50,066 nucleotides of DNA from an uncultured Thermococci archaeon (GTDB lineage: Archaea > Methanobacteriota_B > Thermococci > Thermococcales > CAYNOZ01): NCBI GenBank assembly GCA_964436705.1, contig CAYTEI010000003.1, positions 2,164 through 52,229 on the forward strand, written 5' to 3'. Below are positions 18,941-28,530 of this stretch, one piece after another (the stretch's first letter is position 1; each line of letters opens with the position of its first letter). The translations under genes and the position numbers were made by a program. Below the pieces are notes generated by a model. It did not search any database and was not told the DNA's origin. It worked only from the letters and a program-made list of their open reading frames with translations.

Positions 18941-19801
18941 TTATTGAGTACTTATTTGAGTTGTATTCTTCGCTTCTTCAGGTATCACTACACTAAGATC
19001 ATCACTATATTCAAAGTTAGAGTCTACAGATAAGTTCATACTGTATTCTATTGTTTGGTTTTGAGTTTGTTGGGTGAATTCGATTTGAGCTGTAGCTTTA
19101 GTTTTAGCCGGTTTCTTAGATTCTTTATATACCCATTGCTCTACTTCAAGGCTTTGAACATCTTCACTAGGACTAATTGGTTCTCTGGAAACCATTTGCT
19201 GTCTTAAACCAGTTTTCTCAAATACATTATTCCATAAAGTCGTTTTATTAGCGCTATACTCTATAACTAAGTAGTCAGTACCCTCCATTTCTTTTTCAGT
19301 AGTTTGCTCTATACTTGTACTATTTACCGTTTCATAGAAAATTGACAACTGATTTGATTTCTCCCAAAATTGTTTTGCTCTGCCTTGACCAGCTGCACTG
19401 ATATTAAAACTCATCCACATCCCACGGTTATTTTGATACACCATATCGCCATCAGCATAAATCTCTTGAGTTTGAACCTGATTTTCTTCCTCTGGAAGTT
19501 CTACTTTTTGCTCATTGACTATACTAAGCTTCTTATCACTGATTTCATGGACCTGTGTTGTGTTCGTGGTTATTTTAAGATCATTCACATTACTTTGATT
19601 TGATTTCTGGTTAATTTCAGCATCATTAACAGTTTTCATCGTAAATTTATAGGAACCCTGATTACTTACAGCCGCTTTAACCTCGTCTTTTATATTACCG
19701 GAAGATGGCCCATTTTCATCATTAGCTGGTTGATCTCCGACACAACCCGCTCCAATAATGAATAGCGAAATTATTGAAATAGCGATTAATTCTTTCTTCA
19801 T
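18941..19801 (-). CDS. Lipoprotein of unknown function (possibly LolA/LppX-like beta-rich fold)
   Basis: MKKELIAISIISLFIIGAGC lipobox. ATG at 19801 follows GGTGG; the longer ORF-track start overlaps the divergent gene. Confidence 0.7.
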   Translation of the reverse strand: MKKELIAISIISLFIIGAGCVGDQPANDENGPSSGNIKDEVKAAVSNQGSYKFTMKTVNDAEINQKSNQSNVNDLKITTNTTQVHEISDKKLSIVNEQKVELPEEENQVQTQEIYADGDMVYQNNRGMWMSFNISAAGQGRAKQFWEKSNQLSIFYETVNSTSIEQTTEKEMEGTDYLVIEYSANKTTLWNNVFEKTGLRQQMVSREPISPSEDVQSLEVEQWVYKESKKPAKTKATAQIEFTQQTQNQTIEYSMNLSVDSNFEYSDDLSVVIPEEAKNTTQISTQ

Positions 19802-19899
19802 TTTTCCACCATCTGGAATAATTAGGAATCTTTTTAAGTTATGCGGGATATTCATTAAAAGGGCGATGAAGAATAGCAAGCCAACTGAGAGATGATGAC

Positions 19900-20508
19900 A
19901 TGAGCACCAACGGAGCCCCAATATTAAATGATAATATCGAGTTAACAACTGATCTAAAAGTTTATTCTCCAGCTGAAGACACTTTTCTACTTGCCAATAA
20001 TCTTGAAATCTATAAAGATGATAAAGTACTGGAAATAGGAGTTGGGACTGGATATATATCTATTTTAGCTGCAAATAAAGCCCAATATGTGTGGGGTACT
20101 GATGTAAATCCAAAAGCAGTAAAGATATCAAAGAAAAATGCAGACCTAAATAATATTGATAATACAAAATTTCTAAAAACAGAATATTTCCCTAAAAAAC
20201 CATCAAAATTTGATTTAATTATACTTAATCCGCCTTACCTTCCTGAAGAAGAGATTATTTCAAGAAAAAAGCCTATTGACCGATCCTGGGGGGCCGGTGA
20301 GAACGGAAGAAAGGTTACCGATACCTTCATAAATAAAGTTGACAGCTATCTAAAATCTGAGGGGAGAATCCAAATGATCCAATCTTCCATCTCTGGAATA
20401 GAAAAAACTCTGGAAAAATTAAAAGATTTAAATTATAAAGTTGAGATCACGGCTGAGAAAAAACTATTCTTTGAAAAATTAGTATTAATAACAGCTTACA
20501 AAAAATAA
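19900..20508 (+). CDS. HemK2/MTQ2-family release-factor glutamine methyltransferase
   Basis: VYSPAEDTFLL, VLEIGVGTG, NPPY, and FFEKL motifs. Confidence 0.9.
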   Translation: MSTNGAPILNDNIELTTDLKVYSPAEDTFLLANNLEIYKDDKVLEIGVGTGYISILAANKAQYVWGTDVNPKAVKISKKNADLNNIDNTKFLKTEYFPKKPSKFDLIILNPPYLPEEEIISRKKPIDRSWGAGENGRKVTDTFINKVDSYLKSEGRIQMIQSSISGIEKTLEKLKDLNYKVEITAEKKLFFEKLVLITAYKK

Positions 20509-20553
20509 GGTAAAATCAAAAACGCTTTAAATTTGAATAATGTACTTAAGTCT

Positions 20554-21114
20554 ATGGGGTACATTAGAGACTTTTATGCACGAGATACGGAAGAAGTGGC
20601 TAAAGATTTGCTCGGAACAATTTTCGTTAAAGAAATAAATAATACTATTTTAAAAGGGCGTATTGTTGAAACTGAGGCCTATTATGGTCAAAATGATCCT
20701 GCTTCTCATGCTTCTAATGGGAAAACTAACAGGAATAAGATAATGTATGGGGAACCAGGAAAACTTTACGTCTACCTCTGTTATGGAATGTATAACCTTA
20801 TGAACGTCGTAACAGAAGAAAATAATGAACCAGGAGCGGTTTTAATACGTGGAATTGAGCCTTTGGAAGGTATGGAGATAATGAAAAGTAATAGAGGGAG
20901 ACAAGAGAATTTAACGAATGGGCCTGGAAGGTTGACTGAAGCCTTTGGAATTGATCGTGATCATAATGGTGTTGATCTAGTGAATAGTAAGATCTATATA
21001 GAGAAATCGGATGAGGATATTGATATTGGAAGATCTTCTCGAATCGGTATTAATGAAGGAGATGAATTACTTTTAAGATTTTATTTAAAAGATAATCCTT
21101 TTGTATCGAAGTGA
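20554..21114 (+). CDS. DNA-3-methyladenine glycosylase (MPG/AAG family)
   Basis: GRIVETEAY, DPASH, YVYLCYGM, GAVLIRG, NGPGRL and RIGI motifs. Alternative start at 20533. Confidence 0.93.
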   Translation: MGYIRDFYARDTEEVAKDLLGTIFVKEINNTILKGRIVETEAYYGQNDPASHASNGKTNRNKIMYGEPGKLYVYLCYGMYNLMNVVTEENNEPGAVLIRGIEPLEGMEIMKSNRGRQENLTNGPGRLTEAFGIDRDHNGVDLVNSKIYIEKSDEDIDIGRSSRIGINEGDELLLRFYLKDNPFVSK

Positions 21115-21118
21115 TAAT

Positions 21119-21862
21119 ATGAGGTTTGAGGAAGTTAGAGGGATTCTATCCCAGAAAGAGGTGGAGCTTAAGAAGAGGGGAATCGATATTGAAACTGAAG
21201 ATTCTTGGATAGAATTGAATGAATTTTTATCAGGTAAAGAGGGTCCAGAGTCATTGAAGAGAGCCTATGAGTATTGGGTTTTTATGAAAATAGTCTATGA
21301 AATAAATTCTAATTTTTCAGGCGAATTAATGTATCGAACTTCTGCTGGAACGAGAGAACAGGAACCAATTCTTATTGATGATCAAAGTTTATGGGTTAAA
21401 CCTTATTTATCAGCCTATGATTTTCGAAAAATCTTTGAAAGCGTTGATCTGAATTTACTTCAAACTCCTGATATGTTAGAGGTTAGGCCTGATTTTTTAT
21501 TATCTGATCCTAGGTGCCAGAGCTTGCCATGGGCTGCTTCTCATCCTGGTTGGGTAGTTAATGATTTTAGTGATTCTAAAAATACTTTTAAAGAATTTTC
21601 TAAGAATAAAAGTATGAAGATAATTGGAGCGGTAGACGAACTAGATAAAGATATTGTATCGAAGTATATGTGGTTTTGTTTAGCTTATGAAGTTCCGGTT
21701 TATGTTCTCTGTTCGAAGCGTAATAATATTTTAAGAGCGTCTGAAGATTTTAAGAGTGATATTAAAACTTTAAGAGAATCTGGTTATGTTTTTGAACTAC
21801 CTGTTATCCATCTTGGAAATGAAAAAGAATGGAATGAGGTGTGGATTGATATAAATAGTTAG
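21119..21862 (+). CDS. Hypothetical protein, possibly PD-(D/E)XK-like
   Basis: Long ORF 4 bp after MPG containing AYEYWVFMKI and RPDFLL motifs. Confidence 0.55.
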   Translation: MRFEEVRGILSQKEVELKKRGIDIETEDSWIELNEFLSGKEGPESLKRAYEYWVFMKIVYEINSNFSGELMYRTSAGTREQEPILIDDQSLWVKPYLSAYDFRKIFESVDLNLLQTPDMLEVRPDFLLSDPRCQSLPWAASHPGWVVNDFSDSKNTFKEFSKNKSMKIIGAVDELDKDIVSKYMWFCLAYEVPVYVLCSKRNNILRASEDFKSDIKTLRESGYVFELPVIHLGNEKEWNEVWIDINS

Positions 21863-22803
21863 AATAAATCTATATTAAACCTACTATAGCTTTCTAGTTT
21901 TTTTCCGTAGTATATCCCTATTATTGCTCCTGCCAGATGGGCGGCGTAAGCTGTTCCTCCTATTCCTGTTCCTGTTAGTTCTGTTACCATTCCTACTACG
22001 TTATACATTAAGTATAGTATGAGAACGTGTTTCAGTTTTGCCGGAATTAGGAAAAATACTAATACTCTTATATTAGGAGCTATAAATGTTAGCGCAGTTA
22101 ATATACCTAGTAGAGCTCCAGATGCTCCTAGTGCTGGTATGTAGACCGGCAGACTTAATATTCCATAGGTGAAGCTGAAAAGCATGTGTCCTAGGCTTCC
22201 TGCAATTCCAGCTAGGAAAAATATTTTCAGGAAGTTTGTTTTTCCAACTCTTTTTTCAAGTTCAGGTCCAAAGAAGAACAATAGTAGCATATTAATGAAA
22301 AGGTGACCTAGGCTTCCATGTATGAATATGCTTGTAACTAGGCTCCATGGCCTGTTGATTATAACATTCTTAAATATTTGGGTTAATCCTAAGGGTTCAG
22401 TTGATTGCAGTGCGCCTGGTGCTATTGTTTCTGCTGTTCCTGGGTGTATTATCATGAAATTTTCGAATCCTGGTATAATTGCTTGTAATATAAATGATAC
22501 GATACATATTCCTATTATCGTATATGCGACTCCACGTTTGAAGAGTTTTTCTGTTAAGTTGTTTGTTATTTTGCTTATGTTTTTATTAATGCTGGTTTTT
22601 TTTGTTTTTTTGGCGTTTCTCTTTTTTTCACTGGGGGTTGGAGACATTATTTTCCCTTGATCCCGCATTTTCTGGTTTTCTTCTTCTAATCCTGGGCATT
22701 CATGATTCTCTGGAAGTCTATGTTCGCTACAAAAGGAATCTCCGCAGTATTTACATTTAAAGGCAAGTTCTGTGTCCTTGCCGCAATAGTCACAATTACC
22801 CAT
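21859..22803 (-). CDS. Rhomboid intramembrane serine protease with N-terminal AN1 zinc finger
   Basis: CDYCG...CKYCGDSFCSEHRLPENHEC finger; HGSLGHLFINM, GASG, and AHLAG motifs. Confidence 0.93.
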   Translation of the reverse strand: MGNCDYCGKDTELAFKCKYCGDSFCSEHRLPENHECPGLEEENQKMRDQGKIMSPTPSEKKRNAKKTKKTSINKNISKITNNLTEKLFKRGVAYTIIGICIVSFILQAIIPGFENFMIIHPGTAETIAPGALQSTEPLGLTQIFKNVIINRPWSLVTSIFIHGSLGHLFINMLLLFFFGPELEKRVGKTNFLKIFFLAGIAGSLGHMLFSFTYGILSLPVYIPALGASGALLGILTALTFIAPNIRVLVFFLIPAKLKHVLILYLMYNVVGMVTELTGTGIGGTAYAAHLAGAIIGIYYGKKLESYSRFNIDLF

Positions 22804-22903
22804 TAGATCACCGTTTGATTAACGGGTATAGTACTTATTAATGTTACCAAAAATTACCGGGATGAAGTCCAAGACCCCTATGGATTTCAGTCTTACTAGA
22901 GGG

Positions 22904-23227
22904 TTAGAATCGGTTTTTAAGTTTGTTTAGAGCTTTTTTAAGCATTGTTTTTTGTTCTCTTCTTTTATTATATCCTAAATTATTGGCTTTCGCTTTAAAG
23001 GTGGCATCACTTAATAGTTCATCTATATCTTTTTCGCCTTCTTCTATTTGGGTAAGAAAATCTTTTGAAGGAACAATGTCTTTCAAAGTTTCCCTTGCTA
23101 TAATCTCAGCATCATCTTCAAATCTTCTCTTTTTGTCTTCCTTCTCTAAATCAGATTTCAGATCTTCAAGATCCGAACGATCCTCGTTATCAGAATCTTC
23201 CAAGTCCTTTCTCATAACTACCACCAA
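22904..23227 (-). CDS. Hypothetical small charged helical protein
   Basis: 107-aa ORF filling the gap, with host-like acidic N-terminus. No recognised motif. Confidence 0.6.
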   Translation of the reverse strand: MVVVMRKDLEDSDNEDRSDLEDLKSDLEKEDKKRRFEDDAEIIARETLKDIVPSKDFLTQIEEGEKDIDELLSDATFKAKANNLGYNKRREQKTMLKKALNKLKNRF

Positions 23228-23387
23228 GATCTATGTTTCTAAGAATAAATAACTTGTTAATTAAACTCTAACTTTTTCACTGACTCACAAAATAACTAAC
23301 ATATTTATGTTTTCTAAAAAATTAGTTAACTATTTAAAGTTCCAACCAATATACCCATAATAAAGCCCCATTTTTTAAGGTGTAATT

Positions 23388-24206
23388 ATGAAGTACTTTG
23401 AGAATGATGATGTACAAATTCCAGCACTGGGTTTTGGAACTTGGAAACTTAAAGGAGAAGATTGTGTAGAAGGAGTTCAAGACGCACTTGAAATAGGTTA
23501 TAGGCATATAGACACAGCCCAAATTTATGAAAACGAAGAAAAAGTTGGATTAGGAATAAAGCGGTCCGAAGTAGATCGAGATGACGTCTTTTTAACCACT
23601 AAAATCTGGAGAACAAATCTAGTGTTTGAAGATGTTTTAAAAACTTTTGAAAAAAGTTTAGACAAATTAAAAATGAATTACGTAGATTTATTGCTAATAC
23701 ATTGGCCAAATAAAAAAGTTCCTGTCGAAGAAACTATAAAAGCAATGGAAAAGCTAAGATCAGAAGATAAGGTTAAAAATATAGGTGTTAGTAATTTCAC
23801 AGTTGATCTTCTGGAAAGAGCCACAGAAGCTTCAGAAGCCCCAATAATATGTGATCAAGTGGAGTACCATCCATTTCTATCTCAAGAAAAAATTCTTAAT
23901 CATTGTAAAAAGAATAATATCGCTTTAACATCGTACAGTCCTCTATCAAGAGGGAAAGTGCTAGATAATAAGGTTTTAAAAGAGATAGGAAAGAAATATA
24001 ATAAAACCCCTGCCCAGGTTACACTAAGATGGCATATGCAACAAGAAAACGTAATCGCTATTCCTAAAACATCTACTCCAAAATATAGGAAAGAAAATTT
24101 CAATATATTCGACTTTGAGTTAACGGAAGAAGAAATGAAGAAAATTTTTAACCTAGCAAATGATCAAAGAGCTATCGATCCAGGATTTGCTCCTGATTGG
24201 GATTAA
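23388..24206 (+). CDS. Aldo/keto reductase
   Basis: LGFGTW, GYRHIDTAQIYENE, LLLIHWP, IGVSNF, YSPL and IPK motifs. Confidence 0.95.
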   Translation: MKYFENDDVQIPALGFGTWKLKGEDCVEGVQDALEIGYRHIDTAQIYENEEKVGLGIKRSEVDRDDVFLTTKIWRTNLVFEDVLKTFEKSLDKLKMNYVDLLLIHWPNKKVPVEETIKAMEKLRSEDKVKNIGVSNFTVDLLERATEASEAPIICDQVEYHPFLSQEKILNHCKKNNIALTSYSPLSRGKVLDNKVLKEIGKKYNKTPAQVTLRWHMQQENVIAIPKTSTPKYRKENFNIFDFELTEEEMKKIFNLANDQRAIDPGFAPDWD

Positions 24207-24222
24207 AAAAGAAGAAGAGAAC

Positions 24223-25479
24223 TTATATAGGAGTCTGATGACCCCATTTGTCAAGAGCCGTAGATAATTCTTCATGATCTTCAGCATATTCATGGATATC
24301 TCTATCTTTCATCACCGCTTCTATTGCCTGTCTAAGAGCCTTAGCTCCTTTATGAGTTCCTCCTGGGTGACCATGGATTCCTCCTCCAACTTGAACTCCA
24401 ATATTCTTACCGGTTCTTTCAACTAGCTTTGGTATAATTCCTGGGTGAAGACCTCCAGAAGCCATCGGTAGTACATCGTTCAAATCTCCGAGATCAGAAT
24501 ACATCCAATCGTTTATCCCGACTGTATCTTCATTATCAAGTTTACCTAGATTTGCAGTACCTGTGTGAAGCTGATCAACTCCTATAATCCTTGCAAATTG
24601 TGCTATACATCTCATTGAAACTCCATGTGTTGGAATTCTATCAAATGCCGCATGCATTGCTCTATGGGCATGGATAGCTAGATCAAGTTCTTCAGTTTTT
24701 TCTCTAACAGCTTGAAGTCCGGCCCAACCTGCAGTAATGATATCTACCATAACGTATTCTCCGCCATGATCTTTGACAAATTCAGCTCTTCTAATCATCT
24801 CATTGGTATCTGCCGTGATATTTACTAAATAGCTTTTTTTATCTCCTGTTTCTTCTTCTGCTTTGTCTCTCATTTCGAAACTCTTGATGACACGATCTTT
24901 GAACTTGTTGAAGTCTTGATCAGTAAGGTTCTCATCATCTTTGAGGAGATCAAGCCCTCCAGTCCAAGCATCATAACCTATCTGTGCGTGTTGTTCTGTG
25001 GTTAATCCAACCTTTGGTTTTGGAACTGTAGCAGTTATAGGCCTATCCCCAGCATTAAATATTTCATTTCTAACAGAACTACCGAATTGAGGACCCATAA
25101 AGTGTTTAACTATAGATTCAGGCCATTCACAATCCATTAATCTTATCCTATCAACTGCCTTCATCCCCATGATATTTCCAGCAATACAAGAAAGTATCTG
25201 AGGCATACTTCCGTCTTCGAACAATTTATTTGGATAGGCAATCTTTATAGAATTATTTTCCTTATCTATTTCAAATGATCTCGCTCTCATCTCTTTTATT
25301 CTACTATCAACCTTTAATTCAGCCCAGGTTCCATTTGAGCTCTCTGATGCTACTCTACCAGCAGCGTCATCCCAACTTAATCCCTCTCTAGGTTCTATAT
25401 AGAATTCACAAACCAACTCATCCTCTTTAGGTTTATAACCTTCATCCACGTAGTCATCATACTTCATGCCTTCAGTCAA
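24223..25479 (-). CDS. rbcL: RuBisCO large subunit, form III
   Basis: ASESSNGTW, KPKVG, LLKDDENL, HAHRAMH, HTGT, SGGLH, GGGIHGHP. TTG at 25479 follows AGGTG; alternative starts at 25467 and 25488. Confidence 0.95.
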   Translation of the reverse strand: MTEGMKYDDYVDEGYKPKEDELVCEFYIEPREGLSWDDAAGRVASESSNGTWAELKVDSRIKEMRARSFEIDKENNSIKIAYPNKLFEDGSMPQILSCIAGNIMGMKAVDRIRLMDCEWPESIVKHFMGPQFGSSVRNEIFNAGDRPITATVPKPKVGLTTEQHAQIGYDAWTGGLDLLKDDENLTDQDFNKFKDRVIKSFEMRDKAEEETGDKKSYLVNITADTNEMIRRAEFVKDHGGEYVMVDIITAGWAGLQAVREKTEELDLAIHAHRAMHAAFDRIPTHGVSMRCIAQFARIIGVDQLHTGTANLGKLDNEDTVGINDWMYSDLGDLNDVLPMASGGLHPGIIPKLVERTGKNIGVQVGGGIHGHPGGTHKGAKALRQAIEAVMKDRDIHEYAEDHEELSTALDKWGHQTPI

Positions 25480-26179
25480 TATACACACCTATAATCCTAG
25501 TGGTATTTCGATATTTAAGATTTTGCTTCAACATCCATCATAATACAGATTTACCTCATTAAAGTCTAGAACAGATTATATTTGAATTTGTTTTTGAAAT
25601 CAATTTTTTAATGATTTACCAAAATTTTAGATAATAAAGACTATTTTAAAGATATAATTAAAAGAAATATTGCTATAAAGGTTCTATAATATTCGTGATA
25701 TTTTATTCATTATTTTTTAATCATTATATACCTCCATAGACAAAAAAGAAACAGTTAAAATTGAATAAATTCAAAATAATTTATTTTTTATCTTATTTAC
25801 TTTATTTATGTATTTAAATATTCCTTCTCTGAAGAAGCCAATTTGCTATATTTTAACCGAAAAAATGTATATCCCCACAGATAAGAGAGTTCTAAAAACG
25901 TTTAAAATAGAGAAATGGCTTTTACTAATATATTAAATATTCTAAAACCAGTAAATCTGCCGATAAATTTAAAGAATACCTTTGAAAAGATAATTACTAA
26001 AATTTTAATGTCCATAATTCGGTTTAAAATGTATTTTATTTAGAGCCTATGATTTTTGGTAAAAAATGCTTTATCTAGGATATTATTTTAGATATTAATC
26101 ATATTTTTCTTAAATTTGTTTCTTAACCTATTTTTTAATTTGTTCGAAAATATTTTTAAGCCAGAGAGCGCATTCTATA

Positions 26180-26788
26180 ATGATGAGCCGCATTTCCTTT
26201 TACATGAAAGAAAAGATCAAAGAAATAAAGAATAGAATTACCTGGGAAAGGTATGAGGAACAAAAGCTCCCTAGATGGGAGAGGATCGCCCTAACTTGGA
26301 CTATATTATTCATTTTTTGGATAGTAATTAGTGCAAGTGTTAGATGGCAGAATCTTATAATCGGTGCATCTGTTTCCTTGATTATCTCATCCTTTATGTA
26401 TGATATGTGGACTGATGATATAAGACATAGTGGTAATCTGTTACAGAAGTTTCTCTATATTGGATTTTTCTATATTCCGGAGTATATTTTGATAATGACG
26501 TTTCATTTACTTGAAAGTAATTTTAAAGTTATTAAACATGCTATATTGATGGATATCGATCCTGGGATAGTGAAAATAGATTCTGATCTGCATTCAGATA
26601 CTGGAATTACAATATTAGCTAATTCTATTACTCTTACTCCAGGTACTTTAACTATTGATGTTGATAAGGGGCTTGAAAAATCTAGTCTGTATGTTCACTG
26701 GATTAATGTCAAAACTAAGGAAAGAGCGGAGGCTGGAGAAATTATAAAGGGGGATATTGAAGAATGGTTGAAGAAAATATTTTGGTAA
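26180..26788 (+). CDS. mnhE: Na+/H+ antiporter subunit E (MnhE/MbhA-like)
   Basis: PGIV, LANSITLTPGTLT, LYVHWI motifs. Confidence 0.9.
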   Translation: MMSRISFYMKEKIKEIKNRITWERYEEQKLPRWERIALTWTILFIFWIVISASVRWQNLIIGASVSLIISSFMYDMWTDDIRHSGNLLQKFLYIGFFYIPEYILIMTFHLLESNFKVIKHAILMDIDPGIVKIDSDLHSDTGITILANSITLTPGTLTIDVDKGLEKSSLYVHWINVKTKERAEAGEIIKGDIEEWLKKIFW

Positions 26789-27066
26789 ATATAGTTGGAA
26801 ATATTGATATGTTCCAGTGGGTAGTGATCTTGTTAATTATTACTAGTTTTATGTTGTTTTATAGAGTACTATTTGGACCTACATTAGCAGATAGAATAGT
26901 TGGTCTTAATACTATTACTACTAAAATTGTTGTTGTAATAGCTTTGTTCTCTGCGATAAATAATCAGTTTGCTTTTATTGATTTAGCTATTGTGTTATTA
27001 ATGGTTAATGCTGTTGGAGGATTGATCCTGTCCAAGCATTTTGAAAGGAGGAAAGAATGTGTTTGA
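26764..27066 (+). CDS. mnhF: Na+/H+ antiporter subunit F (MnhF/MbhB-like)
   Basis: RVLFGPTLADRIVG and IDLAIV motifs. Alternative start at 26809. Confidence 0.88.
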   Translation: MVEENILVNIVGNIDMFQWVVILLIITSFMLFYRVLFGPTLADRIVGLNTITTKIVVVIALFSAINNQFAFIDLAIVLLMVNAVGGLILSKHFERRKECV

Positions 27067-27373
27067 GTACTTATTTTTGATTTTAGGATCCTTTGTGATG
27101 TTTTTTGGATCAATAGGGGTATTAAGATTCCCCGATGTTTATACAAGGTTGCATGCAGCTGGTAAATGTGATACTGGCGGGGCAATGAGTATACTTGTTG
27201 CCATCGCAATTTCAGTAGATGCTTCACTAATGATTAAAGCAAAATTCTTGATACTGGGCTTATTGATTGCTTTAGTTAATCCTATGGTTTCACATGCGTT
27301 AGCAAGAGGAATTTATAAGTGTGGAGTTAAGCCAAGTGGGGAGTTAGATTTTTATGCACGCGATAATACTTAA
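27059..27373 (+). CDS. mnhG: Na+/H+ antiporter subunit G (MnhG/MbhC-like)
   Basis: GVLRFPDVYTRLHAAGK and NPMVSHALAR motifs. GTG follows AGGAGG. Confidence 0.9.
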   Translation: MFEYLFLILGSFVMFFGSIGVLRFPDVYTRLHAAGKCDTGGAMSILVAIAISVDASLMIKAKFLILGLLIALVNPMVSHALARGIYKCGVKPSGELDFYARDNT

Positions 27374-27581
27374 AATATTATTAATTTCAATGATTGTGGT
27401 TTCTGTAGCTGTAGTTGAGGAAAGAAATTTGATAGCCGCTGTGATTGATTTTTCATTACTTAGTCTGATCTTTGTGGTGGTCTTGTTTCAGCTTAAAGCT
27501 CCTGATGTGGCTTTATCTGCGATAGTTGTCGGAGCTCTGGTTATAGGGATCTTTATATTCACCATAGAAGAGGTGAGGTAA
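27354..27581 (+). CDS. DUF4040/MbhD-like antiporter subunit
   Basis: Three TM helices with the LKAPDVAL motif. Confidence 0.85.
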   Translation: MHAIILKILLISMIVVSVAVVEERNLIAAVIDFSLLSLIFVVVLFQLKAPDVALSAIVVGALVIGIFIFTIEEVR

Positions 27582-27585
27582 TACA

Positions 27586-27834
27586 TTGAAAAAAAGAATA
27601 GTTGCAATTATTTTGGTCGGGGTTTTAGGGTTTATTCTGTTGCAGGTAGATTATTCTGTATCAAATATTGGTAGCTATCAATATTATGTTTCCAACTGGG
27701 ATCAGGTGGGTATTCCTAATCTTGTTACAGCAATTTTGGCTGATTGGCGTGTTTATGATAGTTTAGGTGAGGCTGTGATACTTTTCACTGCTATCACTGG
27801 TTCTTATCTTTTGCTAGGAGGTGGTGAAGAGTGA
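27586..27834 (+). CDS. MbhE-like antiporter subunit (MnhB-related)
   Basis: PNLVTAILADWRVYDSLGEA motif. Confidence 0.85.
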   Translation: MKKRIVAIILVGVLGFILLQVDYSVSNIGSYQYYVSNWDQVGIPNLVTAILADWRVYDSLGEAVILFTAITGSYLLLGGGEE

Positions 27835-28253
27835 AAATGACTGTGCTGGTAAGAACTACCACAAAACTTCTATCACCATTTCTCGTGGCTTACTCAGCGT
27901 ATTTAATGTCTTATGGACATTTAAACCCTGGTGGAGGATTTCAAGCAGGGGTAATACTTTCTGTAAGTGTAATACTTCTTATAACGGCTTATGGATATCA
28001 TAGAGTTAGAGAAACCTTTAGACTTCCAGAAGTACAGTTCATAGAAGCCTTTTCAGGTATATTTTTAGTACTTCTAGGAAGTATAGGTATTTTATTTGGC
28101 GGATTTTTCTATAACTTTCTTAAAGGAGGAGAATTTGGTTCACCTCTAAGTGGTGGAACTGTACCCCTATTTAATATTGGAGTCGGGTTAAAAGTGGGAG
28201 CTACTTTTACCTTCTTATTTTATATACTGTTGAGGTGGGTTGAAAGTGATTAA
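27831..28253 (+). CDS. mnhB: Na+/H+ antiporter subunit B (MnhB/MbhF-like)
   Basis: GHLNPGGGFQAG and SGGTVPLFNIGVGLKV motifs. Confidence 0.9.
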   Translation: MKMTVLVRTTTKLLSPFLVAYSAYLMSYGHLNPGGGFQAGVILSVSVILLITAYGYHRVRETFRLPEVQFIEAFSGIFLVLLGSIGILFGGFFYNFLKGGEFGSPLSGGTVPLFNIGVGLKVGATFTFLFYILLRWVESD

Positions 28254-28530
28254 TTCGAGAATAACCGGTATAATAGTGATATTAATAGGTTTATACGGTA
28301 TAATAGCTAAAAGAAAACCTATTAAACAGATATTATCAGTGAATGTTATGTCTACTGGTTTGATCCTCTTCTTCGTAGGAGTAGGTTATATGGAAGATGC
28401 TAAAATTCCTATTCTACCACAAGGAAAAGTGGTAGATCCATTACCTGCAACCTTAATGCTTACAACCTTGGTGGTTGATGTAGCTTTAACATCCTTAGCC
28501 CTAGTACTGATCCTAAAAATGGAAGATTGA
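28240..28530 (+). CDS. mnhC: Na+/H+ antiporter subunit C (MnhC/MbhG-like)
   Basis: GLYGII and DPLPATLMLTTLVV motifs. Confidence 0.88.
   Translation: MKVINSRITGIIVILIGLYGIIAKRKPIKQILSVNVMSTGLILFFVGVGYMEDAKIPILPQGKVVDPLPATLMLTTLVVDVALTSLALVLILKMED

Noticed and set aside
25490-26179. Replication origin or CRISPR array
   Set aside because: No ORB boxes, no adjacent cdc6/orc1, and no regularly spaced repeats were seen.
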